NCBI GenBank assembly: GCA_013239625.1
Contig: MU053911.1
Location: 757,590-821,589 of the forward strand
Direction: 5' to 3'
DNA: 64,000 nt
From: Lama guanicoe
Taxonomy: Eukaryota
The position numbers and the translations under genes were made by a program. Positions 61,991-64,000 of the stretch are shown piece after piece. Position 1 is the first letter of the stretch. Each line of letters begins with the position of its first letter. Below the pieces are notes generated by a model. That model saw only the letters and a program-made list of their open reading frames with translations. It ran no database searches and was not told the DNA's origin.

Positions 61991-63153
61991 CTTAGTGCTG
62001 GCATTTCAGACCCATAACAACCAACGACAGCTTGGAGGGAAGAGCATTGCTCACTGCGGGTCAGCCGACCTACACGTGCTCCCTGGTCTGGGGGACACAG
62101 GGATGGACAGTCCGCCCCCGGCACCCACAGTGGCTGAAACCAGGGCCCCCCGGCACTCCCGTCTTCCCTATCGGGGTGGCCATCCTTCCCTGGCCGTGTG
62201 AAAAGCCATCCGGCTCCTCGGCCATCCCCGTCGGGAGCTGGCCGGTGCATTTCCTGGCGATCAGAAAGCGAGCTGTTGCGTCTGCAAGCCTGCCCACCTG
62301 TCCCGCGTCTCGGTCTCCAAACAGCTGGCGAAAGCCAATATCGCCCGAGCGCTGGCCCTGCCGCGGAGGCGGACGTGGGGGATTAGACACGCGATGTTCC
62401 CGCGCGCTCTGACTTGGCAAGCTCAGCGTGACAAGTCGCACACCATTCTGAGCAGAACCACAAAGCCTGCGGTTTTGATTACATGAGATGCCGCTGGTTT
62501 TTTTTTAAAGGAGCTATTCTTCAGCAACATGTGGCATCCGACTCTGGACTCGGGATGGGGTCCCACGGACCCGCCCGGGGTCTGCTGGGTCCACTCCCAC
62601 GTCTCTGAGCTGAATCCCATCCTGGGCCAGACCAGCCCTCCCAGCAGCGGGGAGCCCGAGCGGGGGTCTTCCCAGACAAGACCCAGCAGGGCTAAGGCTT
62701 CCCCAGGCAGAGGAAAGCAGACGACTGCCCCTCGTCACTGGCTCTGTTCATCTGGAAGGTGACTATTTGACACGTTGCTGTCTCTGCTGTAAATAAGCCC
62801 ACTGATGCGAGCCTTCAGGTGTGGCTTTCCTGTCAAGTATCAGGCGTCACTTTGATATAATAAATTTAAGACTCCAGACCTGGTCGGGACGCTCCATCAG
62901 AAGAGCTGCGCTGATTCCGGTGAGCAGCCTGGCAGGACCGGCACCGTGGCTTTGAAGAGAAAAGGGGCTGCACAAATCAATACCCGAGTCTGGGTTTATT
63001 CATCATGATTTTCAGGGTCCTTGCAAGGGATAAGCAAACGGCAGGGGACAGACATACGAAGACTTTTTTAATCACTTTTTTATCACTGAAGTGTTGAACC
63101 GCTCTCTGGTAAGATCCACTTATCTAAATATGTTATAAATATTCCTAATGGGT

Positions 63154-63302
63154 GGGGGAGGGTGTAGCTCAGCGGCAGAGCACGCGCTTAGCATGCACGA
63201 GGTCCTGAGTTCAATCCCCAGCACCTTCATCAAAAAATAACTAAACAAATGAGCCAAATTACTCCCCCCAAGAAAAAGGTTTTTTTATTTTAAATAAATA
63301 AA
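63154..63302 (+). mobile_element. tRNA-Ala-derived SINE (camelid vic-1-like), copy 1
   Basis: ggggagggtgtagctcagcggcagagcacgcgcttagcatgcacgaggtcctgagttcaatccccagcacc, then a non-tRNA body (aaattactcccccc) and an A-rich tail. Confidence 0.92.
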
Positions 63303-63315
63303 AAATATTCCAGGA

Positions 63316-63485
63316 GGGGAGGGTGTAGTTCAGAGGTAGAGCACATGCTTAGCATGCACATGGTCCTGGGTTCCATCCCCAGCATCTCCATTTAAAAAAA
63401 AATTAAATAAATGAACCTTTATTACCTCCGACCCCCTCCCCAAGAAAACTAAACTAATAAAAAAAACTTATAAAAAATATTTATT
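63316..63485 (+). mobile_element. tRNA-Ala-derived SINE (camelid vic-1-like), copy 2
   Basis: ggggagggtgtagttcagaggtagagcacatgcttagcatgcacatggtcctgggttccatccccagcatctcca, then the same body and an A-rich tail. Confidence 0.92.
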
Positions 63486-64000
63486 TAAATATTCCTACCT
63501 ACTTTTTCTCCACCCACCCATCACTCCCTACCACCCTTAGATTCATGTTGTGGCATCTTTATACTACGCTGAGCAAAACCTGCATGCCAGAAAGGACCGG
63601 TTATTGCACACAGATGTGCGGTGGAGTCAGTGTGATCTGTTCCCACTGGATCCTGCACCCGATCTCTGAGGGGGGATACTCGGGCACTGTCTCTTTTGCC
63701 CTTGATGCCTCGGCTTCCATGGAATTTTCCTCAGCATCAACAGGCCCACAAACATCTGAGTCCCTAACGCTTTTGTTGTATAACCCTAACACCGTGGAGA
63801 AAACACAAAAGCAGCTCTCAGCAGACGACACGCTGGACGGCCCGAGCGTGTGCTGGAAGAGCAAATAGGCGGATGAGCCGGGGCAGACAGGGCACGCATC
63901 ATCACCCCGTCTGCGTCTGCGGTCTCCTCATGGGGGCGGCTGTCTGTTTTCGGGGGCTACCATCTCCGTATTCCGAACCACTTACAGAACAGACAGGGGC

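Noticed and set aside
63154..63390. Two tRNA-Ala(AGC) genes (also 44250-44325)
   Set aside because: They have an extra 5' ggggag leader, mismatched stems, a shared non-tRNA body, A-rich tails and TSDs, which marks them as SINEs
1..64000. The many 60-220 aa ORFs in the six-frame track as protein-coding genes
   Set aside because: This is eukaryotic GC-rich DNA. The ORFs overlap on both strands, many start at non-ATG codons, they have low-complexity composition and match no family I recognise apart from L1 ORF2 relics.

Overview
Non-coding, GC-patchy mammalian genomic DNA, most likely from a camelid: it carries tRNA-Ala(AGC)-derived SINEs of the vic-1 type and artiodactyl-style L1 3' ends. I could not identify any protein-coding gene, processed pseudogene or true RNA gene. 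The only ORF-track peptides I recognise are decayed LINE-1 ORF2 C-terminal fragments. The window is intergenic or intronic, and is made up of L1, L2, MIR, MaLR (MLT1) and MER-type relics, microsatellites, a CpG-island-like block at about 43.6-45.7 kb beside a 23-N assembly gap, and several motif-dense unique stretches that could be enhancers. I found no convincing new biological system. The most interesting signals are fossils of mutational mechanisms: an ancient L1 rewritten toward GC/CpG (possible GC-biased gene conversion), a 5'-inverted (twin-primed) L1, two SINEs inserted at one target site, a nested double-palindrome insertion inside an L1, a 51-bp inverted duplication across a MIR junction, and a cluster of recent nested tandem duplications. 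Repeat subfamily names are by eye and boundaries are approximate unless stated.
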